The notes under the pieces: model-generated
Database searches by the model: none
What the model was told of the DNA's origin: nothing
The model's input: only the letters and a program-made list of their open reading frames with translations
Assembly: GCA_964522195.1 (NCBI GenBank)
Contig: CAZFSV010000006.1
Location: forward strand, 1,408-52,310
From: an uncultured Candidatus Saccharibacteria bacterium
Lineage (GTDB): Bacteria; Patescibacteriota; Minisyncoccia; Phycocordibacterales; UBA9973
Direction of reading: 5' to 3'
Length of the DNA stretch: 50,903 nucleotides
Program-made: the position numbers and the translations under genes
In this document: piece by piece, positions 17,289 through 25,925 of the stretch
How the letters are laid out: each line of letters starts with the position of its first letter
Position numbering within the stretch: position 1 is the first letter of the stretch

Positions 17289-19088
17289 ATGGAATTAAAA
17301 AATATTCGCAATTTCAGTATTATAGCTCATATAGACCACGGTAAATCAACTTTGGCTGATAGAATGCTTGAATTTACTCATACTATCGAGCAAAGAAAAA
17401 TGAAAGACCAAGTTTTAGACTCTATGGAACTTGAAAGAGAGAGAGGTATAACTATTAAAATGCAGCCTGTGCGCATGGACTATGCTTTAAATGGCCAAAA
17501 TTACATTTTAAACCTTATTGACACTCCTGGTCATATAGATTTCTCATATGAAGTTTCAAGAGCCTTAAAAGCGGTAGAGGGCTCTATTTTGTTGGTGGAT
17601 GCCACACAAGGAGTTCAAGCTCAAACACTAACAACGCTCAATATGGCTCGCGAAAGTGGACTTACTATTATTCCTGTATTATCTAAAATTGATTCACCCT
17701 TAGCCAGAATTGATGAAGTAAAAGAAGAAGTTATTAAACTTATAAATTGTAAACCTGAAGATATTTTGTTAGTTTCTGGAAAAACAGGCGAAGGGGTAGG
17801 AGACTTATTAAAAGCGATTATACATAGAGTTCCGCCTCCTTCTACAACTTACGAAGGAGATAATAATTTTAGAGCTTTAGTTTTTGATTTTAAATATTCT
17901 AATCATAAAGGGGTTATCGTTTTTGTTAGAGTTTTGGATGGTAAAGTAAAAAAAGGCGAAACTTTAAATTTTTCTGAATCAAAAGAGAAATTTATTAATC
18001 TTGAAGTTGGAACTTTTTCTCCCGAAGAAACTCCAAAAGAATTTATTTCTGCTGGTGAAACTGGTTATATTGTAACTGGAATCAAGAGGCCAGGTATTGC
18101 CTCCGTTGGAGATACTATTGTAAAAAATAATAATCAATTACCTCCATTACCAGGATATATGAAACCAGTACCTGTAGTTTGGGCTTCTATATTTCCAGAG
18201 GATGCTGATGATTTTACTGAACTTAAATCATCTTTAGGTAAATTAAAATTATCAGATTCGGCTTTTTCTTTTGAAGAAGAATCTAGTGGATCTTTAGGCC
18301 GAGGTTTTAGGGCTGGGTTTTTAGGTATGCTTCATTTAGAAATTATTACAGAAAGGTTGAAAAGAGAATTTGACTTAGACTTAGTTATAACCACACCTTC
18401 TATAACATACGAAGTTCTTTACAAGAAAGGTAATACAGAAAAAATATATTCCCCTTATTTTTTCCCAGACGATGCATTAATTTCAAAAGTTTTTGAGCCT
18501 TGGGTTAAAATTAAAATTATTACTCCAACCGAATATTTAGGTAATATTATGCAAATCCTTTTTGATCATGAAGCTGAGGTTTTAACTACTGAAAATTTTG
18601 GAGATAATAGGTCTAATTTAAATATCAGTATGCCACTTCGCGAGCTTATGCGTAATTTTTTTGACGAATTAAAAAGCGTGTCTTCTGGTTTTGCTTCTAT
18701 TTCTTATGAATTAGATGAAATGAGAGAAGCTAATGTTACTAGGCTTGATATTTTAGTTGCTGATGAAATAGTACCGGCTTTCTCAAGAGTGGTTGCAAAA
18801 AGAAAAGTAGAAGAAGAAGCTGAAAAAACTGTAGAAAAATTACACGCCATATTGCCAAGACAAATGTTTGTAACCAAAATCCAAGGAAAAGCCTTAAATA
18901 GAATTATTGCTTCTCGGACGATTCAAGCTTTTAGAAAAGATGTTACTGGATATTTGTACGGAGGTGATATTACTCGTAAAAAGAAACTTTTAGAAAAACA
19001 AAAGAAGGGTAAGAAGAAAATGAAAGAAAGAGGAAAAGTAAATATTTCTCAAGAAGTTTTCTTGAAAATGATGAAAAACGGTAATTAA
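17289..19088 (+). CDS. lepA: translation elongation factor 4 (LepA)
   Basis: IRNFSIIAHIDHGKSTLADR, DTPGHIDF, NKID-equivalent SKID, and a LepA-specific C-terminal domain. 599 aa. Confidence 0.95.
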   Translation: MELKNIRNFSIIAHIDHGKSTLADRMLEFTHTIEQRKMKDQVLDSMELERERGITIKMQPVRMDYALNGQNYILNLIDTPGHIDFSYEVSRALKAVEGSILLVDATQGVQAQTLTTLNMARESGLTIIPVLSKIDSPLARIDEVKEEVIKLINCKPEDILLVSGKTGEGVGDLLKAIIHRVPPPSTTYEGDNNFRALVFDFKYSNHKGVIVFVRVLDGKVKKGETLNFSESKEKFINLEVGTFSPEETPKEFISAGETGYIVTGIKRPGIASVGDTIVKNNNQLPPLPGYMKPVPVVWASIFPEDADDFTELKSSLGKLKLSDSAFSFEEESSGSLGRGFRAGFLGMLHLEIITERLKREFDLDLVITTPSITYEVLYKKGNTEKIYSPYFFPDDALISKVFEPWVKIKIITPTEYLGNIMQILFDHEAEVLTTENFGDNRSNLNISMPLRELMRNFFDELKSVSSGFASISYELDEMREANVTRLDILVADEIVPAFSRVVAKRKVEEEAEKTVEKLHAILPRQMFVTKIQGKALNRIIASRTIQAFRKDVTGYLYGGDITRKKKLLEKQKKGKKKMKERGKVNISQEVFLKMMKNGN

Positions 19089-19216
19089 TTTCTAAAAAGA
19101 GAAAGAATAAAGCATAATCATACTAATGATTACCAATATAGAGATAACACTCCAGATTATTTGAATTTTTCTTTGGTTTTTTTTATTAAAAAGCATATAA
19201 TATGTATAGCATTTTT

Positions 19217-19594
19217 ATGAAAAATATACAAATTAAAAAGAAAAAAACTCCATTTTTAAAAAATCCAATAGTTCTTTTGATTCTATTTGTTTTATTAGTA
19301 TTTTTTGTATTAGGAGTAGTAGATTTGTTTTTTAGAATGCAAGATACAATAAAAAATAAAAAAATTTCAGAAAATCAATTAAAAACATTAGAAGACAGAA
19401 AATCTAAGTTAATTGAAGATATTGATGCTTTAAATAGTGAAAAAGGTAAAGAAAAAGTTTTTAGAGAAAATTATGGTTACGCAAATGAAGGTGAAGGTGT
19501 TATCTTTATAGTTGCAAATCAAGAATTAAACTCAGAAAATATTACACAAAACACAAGTTTTTTAGAAAAAATCAAGAATTTTTTTAGTTTTTAA
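19217..19594 (+). CDS. FtsB/DivIC-like septum formation initiator
   Basis: One TM helix, a coiled coil, and a C-terminal EKVFRENYGYANEGEGVIFI motif typical of DivIC/FtsB. I prefer the ATG at 19217 because the 19202 ATG abuts a TATAAT box. Confidence 0.5.
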   Translation: MKNIQIKKKKTPFLKNPIVLLILFVLLVFFVLGVVDLFFRMQDTIKNKKISENQLKTLEDRKSKLIEDIDALNSEKGKEKVFRENYGYANEGEGVIFIVANQELNSENITQNTSFLEKIKNFFSF

Positions 19595-19597
19595 TTG

Positions 19598-19606
19598 TGA
19601 TATAAT
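19598..19606 (+). promoter_or_regulatory. extended -10 box TGATATAAT upstream of the dehydrogenase/glycerate kinase/eno/pyk operon
   Basis: Exact TGnTATAAT in the 150-nt intergenic region. Confidence 0.35.
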
Positions 19607-19743
19607 AAATAGCATGAATCCTGTAGTAGATTTTCAAATCATTACAGGACAATAATTTGGAACAAATGTAAGTTTAGTTTTATTATCAATTTTAATTATA
19701 TTTTCAAGTAAAGTTTTTAAACAATTTGAAAATTCACTATAGG

Positions 19744-20751
19744 ATGAAAATTGCATTTTTTGAATTAAATAAAGAAAAACAAGAGAAATTTAAATTAGCT
19801 TTAACAGATTTGAATTTAGAAATTATTTTTTTTGAAGAAAGATTAAATAAAAATCACTTAAGTTTGATTTCTGATTGTGATGCTTTGTATGTTTTTGTAA
19901 ATTCTATTTTAGATAAAGAAATTTTAAATAATTTACCCAATTTAAAATTCATTACAACTGGTTCAACTGGTTACGACCATATTGATGTTGCTTTTTGTAG
20001 AGAAAAAAATATTTTAGTATCGAATGTACCTGCTTATGGATCACAGACTGTAGCTGAATATACTTTTGCTTTAATTTTAAATTTATCTCGTAAGGTTTAT
20101 TTAGCTTATAACAAATTAAAAGATGATGGAAATTTTAATATCGGAAATTTTTCTGGTTTTGATTTAGAGAATAAAACTATAGGAGTTGTTGGTACTGGTA
20201 AAATTGGTAAACATGTAATAAAAATTGCTCGTGGTTTTGGTATGAATATTCTTGCTTACGATTTATATCCAGATATCAATTTTGCAAAAGAGTATAATTT
20301 TGAATATAAAAGCTTAGAAGAAGTTATTTCTTTGGCTGATATTATTACATTGCACGCTCCCTATACTAAAGAAAACCATCATTTATTAAATAAAGAAAAT
20401 TTATCTAAAGCTAAAAAAGGTGTTTATATTATAAATACAGCCCGAGGTGAATTAATAGAAACAGATGCTTTGGTAAAAGGTTTAATTAATAAAGACATAG
20501 CGGGTGCTGCTTTGGATGTTTTAGAATCAGAAAGAGATTTGCAAAATGAAAATGAAATTTTAATTTCTGAAAATGATCCCGGTAATTATAAAACTTTACT
20601 TGCCAATAGAGCCTTGATTGATATGTCTAATGTTATTGTAACTCCTCATATTGCTTTTTATACTAAGGAGGCTGAGGAAAGAATATCAGCAACAGTAATA
20701 AGTAATATAATAGGTTTTTTAAAAAAAGAACTAATTAATTTAGTTAAATAA
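19744..20751 (+). CDS. D-isomer-specific 2-hydroxyacid dehydrogenase (D-lactate or glycerate dehydrogenase-like)
   Basis: NAD fold GVVGTGKIGKHV, catalytic-region motifs NTARGELIETDAL, ALDVLE and TPHIAFYT. I prefer the ATG at 19744 over the TTG at 19726. Confidence 0.85.
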   Translation: MKIAFFELNKEKQEKFKLALTDLNLEIIFFEERLNKNHLSLISDCDALYVFVNSILDKEILNNLPNLKFITTGSTGYDHIDVAFCREKNILVSNVPAYGSQTVAEYTFALILNLSRKVYLAYNKLKDDGNFNIGNFSGFDLENKTIGVVGTGKIGKHVIKIARGFGMNILAYDLYPDINFAKEYNFEYKSLEEVISLADIITLHAPYTKENHHLLNKENLSKAKKGVYIINTARGELIETDALVKGLINKDIAGAALDVLESERDLQNENEILISENDPGNYKTLLANRALIDMSNVIVTPHIAFYTKEAEERISATVISNIIGFLKKELINLVK

Positions 20752-20752
20752 T

Positions 20753-22033
20753 ATGAAAAATAATTGGATAAAAAATTATAAAGATATAGCTATTAATGAA
20801 AATCGTAAATTGGTTTTAGACATAGTTAATCACGGTTTAGATTCTATAAACACCAAAGGAATTATTAAAGATAATATTAAGCTAGAGAATAATATTTTAT
20901 ATATTCAACAGCAAAGTTTTGATTTGTCTTTGTTTGATAAGATAAAAGTTGTTGGTTTTGGTAAATCAGCTTGTGATGCAGCTTTAGCTTTAGAAGAAAT
21001 TTTAGGTGAAAAAATTAAAGAAGGAGCTATTGTCGGATTAAATCAAATAACCTGCCATATTATAGAGAGTTTCAAGGGTACTCACCCTAAACCATCTTCA
21101 ATTAACATTGCTCCAGGTAAGAGAATTTATGAGCTTTTAAAAGATTCAAAAGAAAATGATTTAATTATTGCTATTGTTTCAGGAGGAGGATCTGCATTGC
21201 TTTGTTATCCTGAAAATGAATGCGTTCAAGGAGAAAAATTATATGAAACTTTCCTTAAAAGTGGTCAAACAATAGTTGAAATTAATACAATAAGAAAACA
21301 TTTATCTTTATTAAAAGGAGGAGGTATTGCAAAATTAGTATATCCTGCAACTTTGATTGGTTTGATATTTTCAGATGTTCCCGGAGATAATTTTGAAGAA
21401 GTTGCTTCTGGCCCAACCTATAAAGACAATTCAACCATATTAGATGCTCAGAATATTATTGATAAATATAATTTAGGTGATTTTGAATTAAATGAAACTC
21501 CTAAAGAAGATAAATATTTTGAAAAGGTATATAATTTTGTTTTAGTTGATAACAAGACTGCAATTTTGAACATGAAGAAAAAAGTAGAAGAATTAGGATT
21601 GAGAGCACATATTGTTTCTACAGATATGTATGCTAATATAGAAGAATCCATAAAGATGATTTTTGATGCAAAAGAAGAAAATACTGTTGTTTTAGGTGCA
21701 GGAGAACCAAAATTAAAAGTAGTAGGCAATAAGGGTAGCGGGGGTAGAAATTTATATATGTCTTTGAAAGCTTTGCAATTAAACCATTTTCATAATGATA
21801 CAATATTTATTTCTCTTGCTTCTGATGGTATGGATAACGGGCCATTTGCTGGAGCTTTAGCTGATAGTCTAACTTTAGATGAAGTTAAACTTAAAAATAT
21901 AAATATAGATGAAGCTTTAGAGAATTTCGATGCAGAAACAGCTTTTAAGGAAACTAATAATTTAATTATTACTGGACCTACAGGGGCGAATGTTTCTGAT
22001 TTAATGATTTTATTTAATAAAAAAAATATTTAA
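20753..22033 (+). CDS. glycerate 2-kinase (DUF4147 + MOFRL family)
   Basis: Motifs VGFGKSA, IVSGGGSALL, IRKHLSLLKGGG, GAGEPKLKV..GSGGRNLYMSL, DGMDN and TGPTGANVSDL match MOFRL-type glycerate kinase/TtuD. Confidence 0.8.
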   Translation: MKNNWIKNYKDIAINENRKLVLDIVNHGLDSINTKGIIKDNIKLENNILYIQQQSFDLSLFDKIKVVGFGKSACDAALALEEILGEKIKEGAIVGLNQITCHIIESFKGTHPKPSSINIAPGKRIYELLKDSKENDLIIAIVSGGGSALLCYPENECVQGEKLYETFLKSGQTIVEINTIRKHLSLLKGGGIAKLVYPATLIGLIFSDVPGDNFEEVASGPTYKDNSTILDAQNIIDKYNLGDFELNETPKEDKYFEKVYNFVLVDNKTAILNMKKKVEELGLRAHIVSTDMYANIEESIKMIFDAKEENTVVLGAGEPKLKVVGNKGSGGRNLYMSLKALQLNHFHNDTIFISLASDGMDNGPFAGALADSLTLDEVKLKNINIDEALENFDAETAFKETNNLIITGPTGANVSDLMILFNKKNI

Positions 22034-22034
22034 T

Positions 22035-23249
22035 ATGTCAAATAATTTAATTACAAAAATTGAAGCTATAGAAATAGTAGATTCAAGAGAAAAACCAACT
22101 TTAAAAATTACCGTGTTTACTGATTTGTTTGAAGCATCTTTTTCTGTTCCTTCTGGTGCTTCTACTGGTATGAGTGAATGTTGCGAATTACGCGATCCTG
22201 ATGGCGGTATGAAAAATGCAATTTCTAAAATAGAAAATATAATTCAACCTAGTTTGATAGGTAAGAATGTTTTGAACCAAAAAGAAATAGATCAGACCAT
22301 GATTGAACTTGACGGTACTTTAAATAAAAGTAACTTAGGAGGTAATTCTATTTTAGGAATTAGTATAGCTTGTGCTAGACTAGGCGCATTTTCTAGAAAC
22401 ATCCCTCTTTCTAATTATTTAAAAGAAATTTTTTACATTAAACCAAAAAATCCTCAAACATATTTTTATGCTAATTTAATAAATGGTGGTAAACATGCCG
22501 AAAATAATCTAGCTTTTCAAGAATATCATATAGTTCCAATTGTAGAAGATCCAAAAGAGGCCTTGGAAATTGTTATTAATTTTCAAAATTTATTAAAAAA
22601 TCTAATACAATCCAATCTTGAAATTGATGATATTCCAATAGGAGATGAGGGGGGTTTTGCTCCTAAGTTAGAAAATATTAGAGAGCCTTTGGTTTTTCTA
22701 AAAAAAGTTATTACAAACAATAATTTAGAAAATAAAGTAAGACTAGCTTTAGATGTTGCAGCTTCATCTTTTTACGAAGAAGGTTTTTATTTAGTTGATG
22801 GTAAAAAGATTACTAAAGAAGAATTAATGAATTTATATGCCCAATTAATTAATGAATTTAATATTTTCTCAATAGAAGACCCTTTTGAAGAAAATGATTT
22901 TGAATCTTTTGCCATTTTAAAAAATAAATTTCCAGAGTTATTGGTAGTAGCTGATGATTTAACTGTAACTAACAAGGTATTACTTGAAAAAGCTATAAAA
23001 GAAAACAGTATTAATGCATTAATTATCAAACCAAATCAAATAGGCACCTTAACAGAAGTTTTTGAGACAATAAAGCTTGCTTATGAAAATAACATTGAAA
23101 TAATTGTAAGTCATAGGAGTGGGGAGACTATGGATGATTTTATAGCAGATCTTGCTTCAGCTTTTGGTGCTTTTGGTTTAAAAGCGGGAGCACCTTCTAA
23201 AGAAGAGCGTTTAGTTAAATATAATAGATTTATAAAAATAACAAAATAA
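22035..23249 (+). CDS. eno: enolase
   Basis: SVPSGASTG, DEGGFAP, LALDVAASSFY, IKPNQIGTLTE and SHRSGETMD motifs. 404 aa. Confidence 0.93.
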   Translation: MSNNLITKIEAIEIVDSREKPTLKITVFTDLFEASFSVPSGASTGMSECCELRDPDGGMKNAISKIENIIQPSLIGKNVLNQKEIDQTMIELDGTLNKSNLGGNSILGISIACARLGAFSRNIPLSNYLKEIFYIKPKNPQTYFYANLINGGKHAENNLAFQEYHIVPIVEDPKEALEIVINFQNLLKNLIQSNLEIDDIPIGDEGGFAPKLENIREPLVFLKKVITNNNLENKVRLALDVAASSFYEEGFYLVDGKKITKEELMNLYAQLINEFNIFSIEDPFEENDFESFAILKNKFPELLVVADDLTVTNKVLLEKAIKENSINALIIKPNQIGTLTEVFETIKLAYENNIEIIVSHRSGETMDDFIADLASAFGAFGLKAGAPSKEERLVKYNRFIKITK

Positions 23250-23252
23250 AAA

Positions 23253-24044
23253 ATGATTAAAAAAACACAAATAATAGGTACAATAGGTTTTTCTTCAAAT
23301 AAAAAAGAAATTATTAAAGAAATGATTTCTTCTGGTATGGATATAGTTAGACTTAATTTTTCTTGGGGTACTTATGAGGAACATTTAAGTTATATAAATT
23401 TTGTTCGTGAATTAAATAAAGAATTAAATAAAAATGTAAAAATTATTCAAGATTTATCTGGTCCTCGTATGCAAAATGAAGAAGGTCATGAATATAATCA
23501 AAATGCTATAGAATTAATTACAGAAAAAGACTTGAAAGACTTAGCTTTTGGAATAAAAAACAATTTAGATTACATTGCTATGTCTTATGTTGGTAATAGT
23601 GAAGATATCTTTAAATTAAGAGAGGAAATGAAAAAAATAGGTAAAGTTTTACCAGTTATTGCAAAAATAGAGAGAAATATAGCTTATCAAAATATTGATA
23701 GTATTATTGATGCTTCTGATGCTATTATGATTGCAAGAGGAGATTTAGGTAACGAAGTACCTTTAGAACAAATTCCATTTATTCAAAAAGATATTATTAT
23801 TAGGTGTAAAAATAAAAATAAACCAGTAATAGTGGCAACTCAAATGATGCTTTCTATGACTGAAAATCCTTTTCCAACTAGAGCAGAAGTGACTGATGTT
23901 GCTTTTGCTGTTATTTCTGGAGCTGATGCAGTTATGCTCTCTGATGAAACAGCAAAAGGGAAGTATCCGACAGAAGCAGTAAATATGATGAATAAAATAA
24001 CCATTGAATCTTTAAAATATTTAGGTAATATAAATCCATTTTAG
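23253..24044 (+). CDS. pyk: pyruvate kinase, minimal A-domain-only form
   Basis: [40 protein letters not shown] and [12 protein letters not shown] motifs. Only 263 aa, so the B (lid) and C-terminal domains are absent. Confidence 0.8.
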   Translation: MIKKTQIIGTIGFSSNKKEIIKEMISSGMDIVRLNFSWGTYEEHLSYINFVRELNKELNKNVKIIQDLSGPRMQNEEGHEYNQNAIELITEKDLKDLAFGIKNNLDYIAMSYVGNSEDIFKLREEMKKIGKVLPVIAKIERNIAYQNIDSIIDASDAIMIARGDLGNEVPLEQIPFIQKDIIIRCKNKNKPVIVATQMMLSMTENPFPTRAEVTDVAFAVISGADAVMLSDETAKGKYPTEAVNMMNKITIESLKYLGNINPF

Positions 24045-24056
24045 TTTATATCTAAT

Positions 24057-24084
24057 TTGACAAAATTTATATTTAGTTTAATAT
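24057..24084 (+). promoter_or_regulatory. sigma70-like promoter TTGACA-16-TAATAT
   Basis: Consensus -35 at 24057-24062 and -10 at 24079-24084, upstream of the ORF at 24131. Confidence 0.45.
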
Positions 24085-24130
24085 GAATTTTGAATTAAAT
24101 TTTTTTATTGTTTTTTAAAATTATAAGTTT

Positions 24131-24415
24131 ATGAAACTAAGAGATAGAATTATCGTCGGTTTATTTTTTTTAATTTTAGCTCTTTTGAATTTTTGGGCTT
24201 TGATTTCAGTTTTAATAGACCAAAAACATGATATACCTTTTGTCGATTTTTTGATAAACAAAGGTGTAAATTTGACCCTTTTCTTTTTATCTTGCGGAGT
24301 CATATCCACAATTTTAATGTTTTACTTTTTTATCAAAAAAGATATCCTTGAAAAGGTTCCGGTTGGTTTGACAGCAATAATATTCATATTGCTTTTTTTG
24401 AAAGCGATATTTTGA
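24131..24415 (+). CDS. small 3-TM membrane protein
   Basis: 94 aa with three hydrophobic helices and a TGA stop. A TTGACA-16-TAATAT promoter lies upstream and a terminator downstream. Confidence 0.45.
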   Translation: MKLRDRIIVGLFFLILALLNFWALISVLIDQKHDIPFVDFLINKGVNLTLFFLSCGVISTILMFYFFIKKDILEKVPVGLTAIIFILLFLKAIF

Positions 24416-24437
24416 AAACTTAAATTTTCAGGATAAA

Positions 24438-24467
24438 CCCTCTTAAATATTAAGGGGGTTTTATTTT
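24438..24467 (+). terminator. rho-independent terminator
   Basis: CCCTCTTAA-ATA-TTAAGGGGG (one G-U pair) followed by TTTTATTTT. Confidence 0.6.
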
Positions 24468-24484
24468 GTCTACCTTTTTAAATA

Positions 24485-24493
24485 TGATATAAT
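24485..24493 (+). promoter_or_regulatory. extended -10 box TGATATAAT upstream of the glutaredoxin-like gene
   Basis: Exact TGnTATAAT, 32 nt before the ATG at 24526. Confidence 0.4.
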
Positions 24494-24525
24494 GTAAATC
24501 TATTAACAATTAATTTTTAAAAAAT

Positions 24526-24759
24526 ATGAAAGAAGTAAAAATTTATTCAACCCCAACTTGTCATTTTTGCCATATGGCAAAAGATTTCTTTAAAGAAAAC
24601 AATGTAGCTTTCACAGACTACAATGTAGCTGAAGATTCTCAAAAAAGAGAAGAATTAATAGAGAAAAGTGGTCAAATGGGTGTACCTGTTATATTTATTG
24701 GAGAAGATATGGTAATAGGTTTTAATAAACCTAAAATTGTAGAGCTACTAGGAATGTAA
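24526..24759 (+). CDS. glutaredoxin/NrdH-like thiol-disulfide oxidoreductase
   Basis: 77 aa with a CHFC active site after beta-1 (KIYSTPTCHFCHMAKDFF) and GVPVIFIG later in the sequence. A terminator follows. Confidence 0.8.
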   Translation: MKEVKIYSTPTCHFCHMAKDFFKENNVAFTDYNVAEDSQKREELIEKSGQMGVPVIFIGEDMVIGFNKPKIVELLGM

Positions 24760-24762
24760 TTT

Positions 24763-24796
24763 AAAAATCCCCTGAGTATGATCGAAGGGGATTTTT
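24763..24796. terminator. hairpin terminator after the glutaredoxin-like gene
   Basis: 10-bp stem AAAAATCCCC/GGGGATTTTT with a 14-nt loop. Confidence 0.6.
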
Positions 24797-24802
24797 AAAT
24801 TG

Positions 24803-24874
24803 TGCCCTCACTCCGAATCGAACGGGGATCTATTCCTTAGGACGGAACTGTTCTATCCATTGAACTATGAGGGC
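24803..24874 (-). tRNA. tRNA-Arg (anticodon CCT)
   Basis: The reverse complement folds as a cloverleaf: acceptor GCCCTCA/TGAGGGC, D arm GTTC-AATGGATA-GAAC, anticodon arm GTTCC-GTCCTAA-GGAAT, and a T arm with TTCGATT loop. The T stem has one C-A mismatch. CCA is not encoded. Confidence 0.75.
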
Positions 24875-24948
24875 ATTATATACAATTTAGCACATAAAGA
24901 TCTCCTTTTAAAGTTTGTTTTTTTGTCTTTTTATGCTATTATATTTCT

Positions 24949-25245
24949 GTGGAACCAGAAGCAAAAAAATTATTAGAAAAAGTTTATGAATTAACTCAAG
25001 AAAATAACGAGATGCTTCATAAGATTAGAAGTGTTCAAAAAAGAGCAACTCTAATTGCCACAGTTAAGTTTATCCTTTTTGTTTTGTTTGTATTAGGTGC
25101 TTATTATTATCTTCAACCATATATCTTAAAAGTTTTTGAAATATATAGCACTTTGTCAAATATAAGCCAAACAGGAGCAAATCCTGATGTAATAAAAAGT
25201 TTACTTGATAATTTAGATTTAAAAAGTCTTAATTTACCAAAATAG
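24949..25245 (+). CDS. hypothetical single-TM protein
   Basis: 98-aa ORF with a GTG start, an N-terminal helical region and one TM helix (VKFILFVLFVLGAYYYL). No family recognised. Confidence 0.4.
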   Translation: MEPEAKKLLEKVYELTQENNEMLHKIRSVQKRATLIATVKFILFVLFVLGAYYYLQPYILKVFEIYSTLSNISQTGANPDVIKSLLDNLDLKSLNLPK

Positions 25246-25267
25246 TTTTGATAATTAAAAAGTATAA

Positions 25268-25292
25268 GCCAAGATATGCTGTTTTGGTAGGT
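25268..25292 (+). pseudogene. degenerate copy of the 5' half of tRNA-Phe
   Basis: GCCAAGATATGCTGTTTTGGTAGGT compared with the genuine GCCAAGATAGCTCAGTTGGTAGAG 71 nt downstream gives ~19 matching positions with one 1-nt indel. Confidence 0.4.
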
Positions 25293-25338
25293 AACGAGAG
25301 TTATTGGTTAAGTATGTAAATTAAAAACAAAATAATAT

Positions 25339-25414
25339 GCCAAGATAGCTCAGTTGGTAGAGCGCTCCCCTGAAGAGGGATAGGTCCCCAGTTCGATCCT
25401 GGGTCTTGGCACCA
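25339..25414 (+). tRNA. tRNA-Phe (anticodon GAA), CCA encoded
   Basis: Acceptor GCCAAGA/TCTTGGC, D arm GCTC-AGTTGGTA-GAGC, anticodon loop CTGAAGA, T arm CCCAG-TTCGATC-CTGGG, 3' ACCA. Confidence 0.92.
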
Positions 25415-25422
25415 AAATAAAA

Positions 25423-25447
25423 AACTCCCACTATATGGGAGTTTTTT
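25423..25447. terminator. bidirectional terminator between tRNA-Phe and hsp20
   Basis: AACTCCCA-CTATA-TGGGAGTT flanked by an A-run and a T-run. Confidence 0.7.
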
Positions 25448-25449
25448 GA

Positions 25450-25905
25450 TTAGATAGATTTTACTTTTACTCTGGATTTCTTTTCTTTATCTACTTTTTG
25501 TATTTTGATTGTTAGGAGTCCGTGTTTTTCTACTGCTTCTACAAATTCTGGTTCAACTTCTTGTGGCAAGGAAATCGTGCGAGAGAATTTACCCCAATAA
25601 AGCTCTTTGGTGAAATAATTTTCATCATCAATATCATGTTCAACTTCTCTTTTACCTTTGATAACTATTACATCGCGAGCAATTTCTAGTTCCATATCTT
25701 CAGGCCTTACTCCAGCAATCATAGTTTGAATTATAATATCCCGAGGAGTTTGATACACATCAACAGCAAGTTCTGCTTCTTCATTTTCTGCTTCAAGCCA
25801 ATTAGGATTTTTAGCAGGAACTTCTTCGTCTATTTCTTCTTCTATTTCTTCTAACCTCATACTTCCTGTTAATCTTTCAAAAAAACCTCTTTTTTTATTT
25901 TGCAT
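25450..25905 (-). CDS. Hsp20/alpha-crystallin small heat-shock protein
   Basis: 151 aa. The ACD core reads AVDVYQTPRDIIIQTMIAGVRPEDMELEI....F.R.ISLPQEV....V.A....GLLTIKIQK. Confidence 0.85.
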   Translation of the reverse strand: MQNKKRGFFERLTGSMRLEEIEEEIDEEVPAKNPNWLEAENEEAELAVDVYQTPRDIIIQTMIAGVRPEDMELEIARDVIVIKGKREVEHDIDDENYFTKELYWGKFSRTISLPQEVEPEFVEAVEKHGLLTIKIQKVDKEKKSRVKVKSI

Positions 25906-25925
25906 TTTGTTTTTAAAATTAAATA

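Noticed and set aside
19089-19216. Possible small RNA or riboswitch in the lepA-downstream intergenic region (TAATCAT/ATGATTA hairpin)
   Set aside because: There is only one short AT-rich 7-bp hairpin, with no T-run and no recognisable riboswitch core. This is insufficient evidence.
24121-24309. 62-aa minus-strand ORF opposite the small membrane protein gene
   Set aside because: The plus-strand ORF has a consensus promoter upstream, a terminator downstream and a coherent three-TM profile. The minus ORF is a Lys-rich shadow frame.
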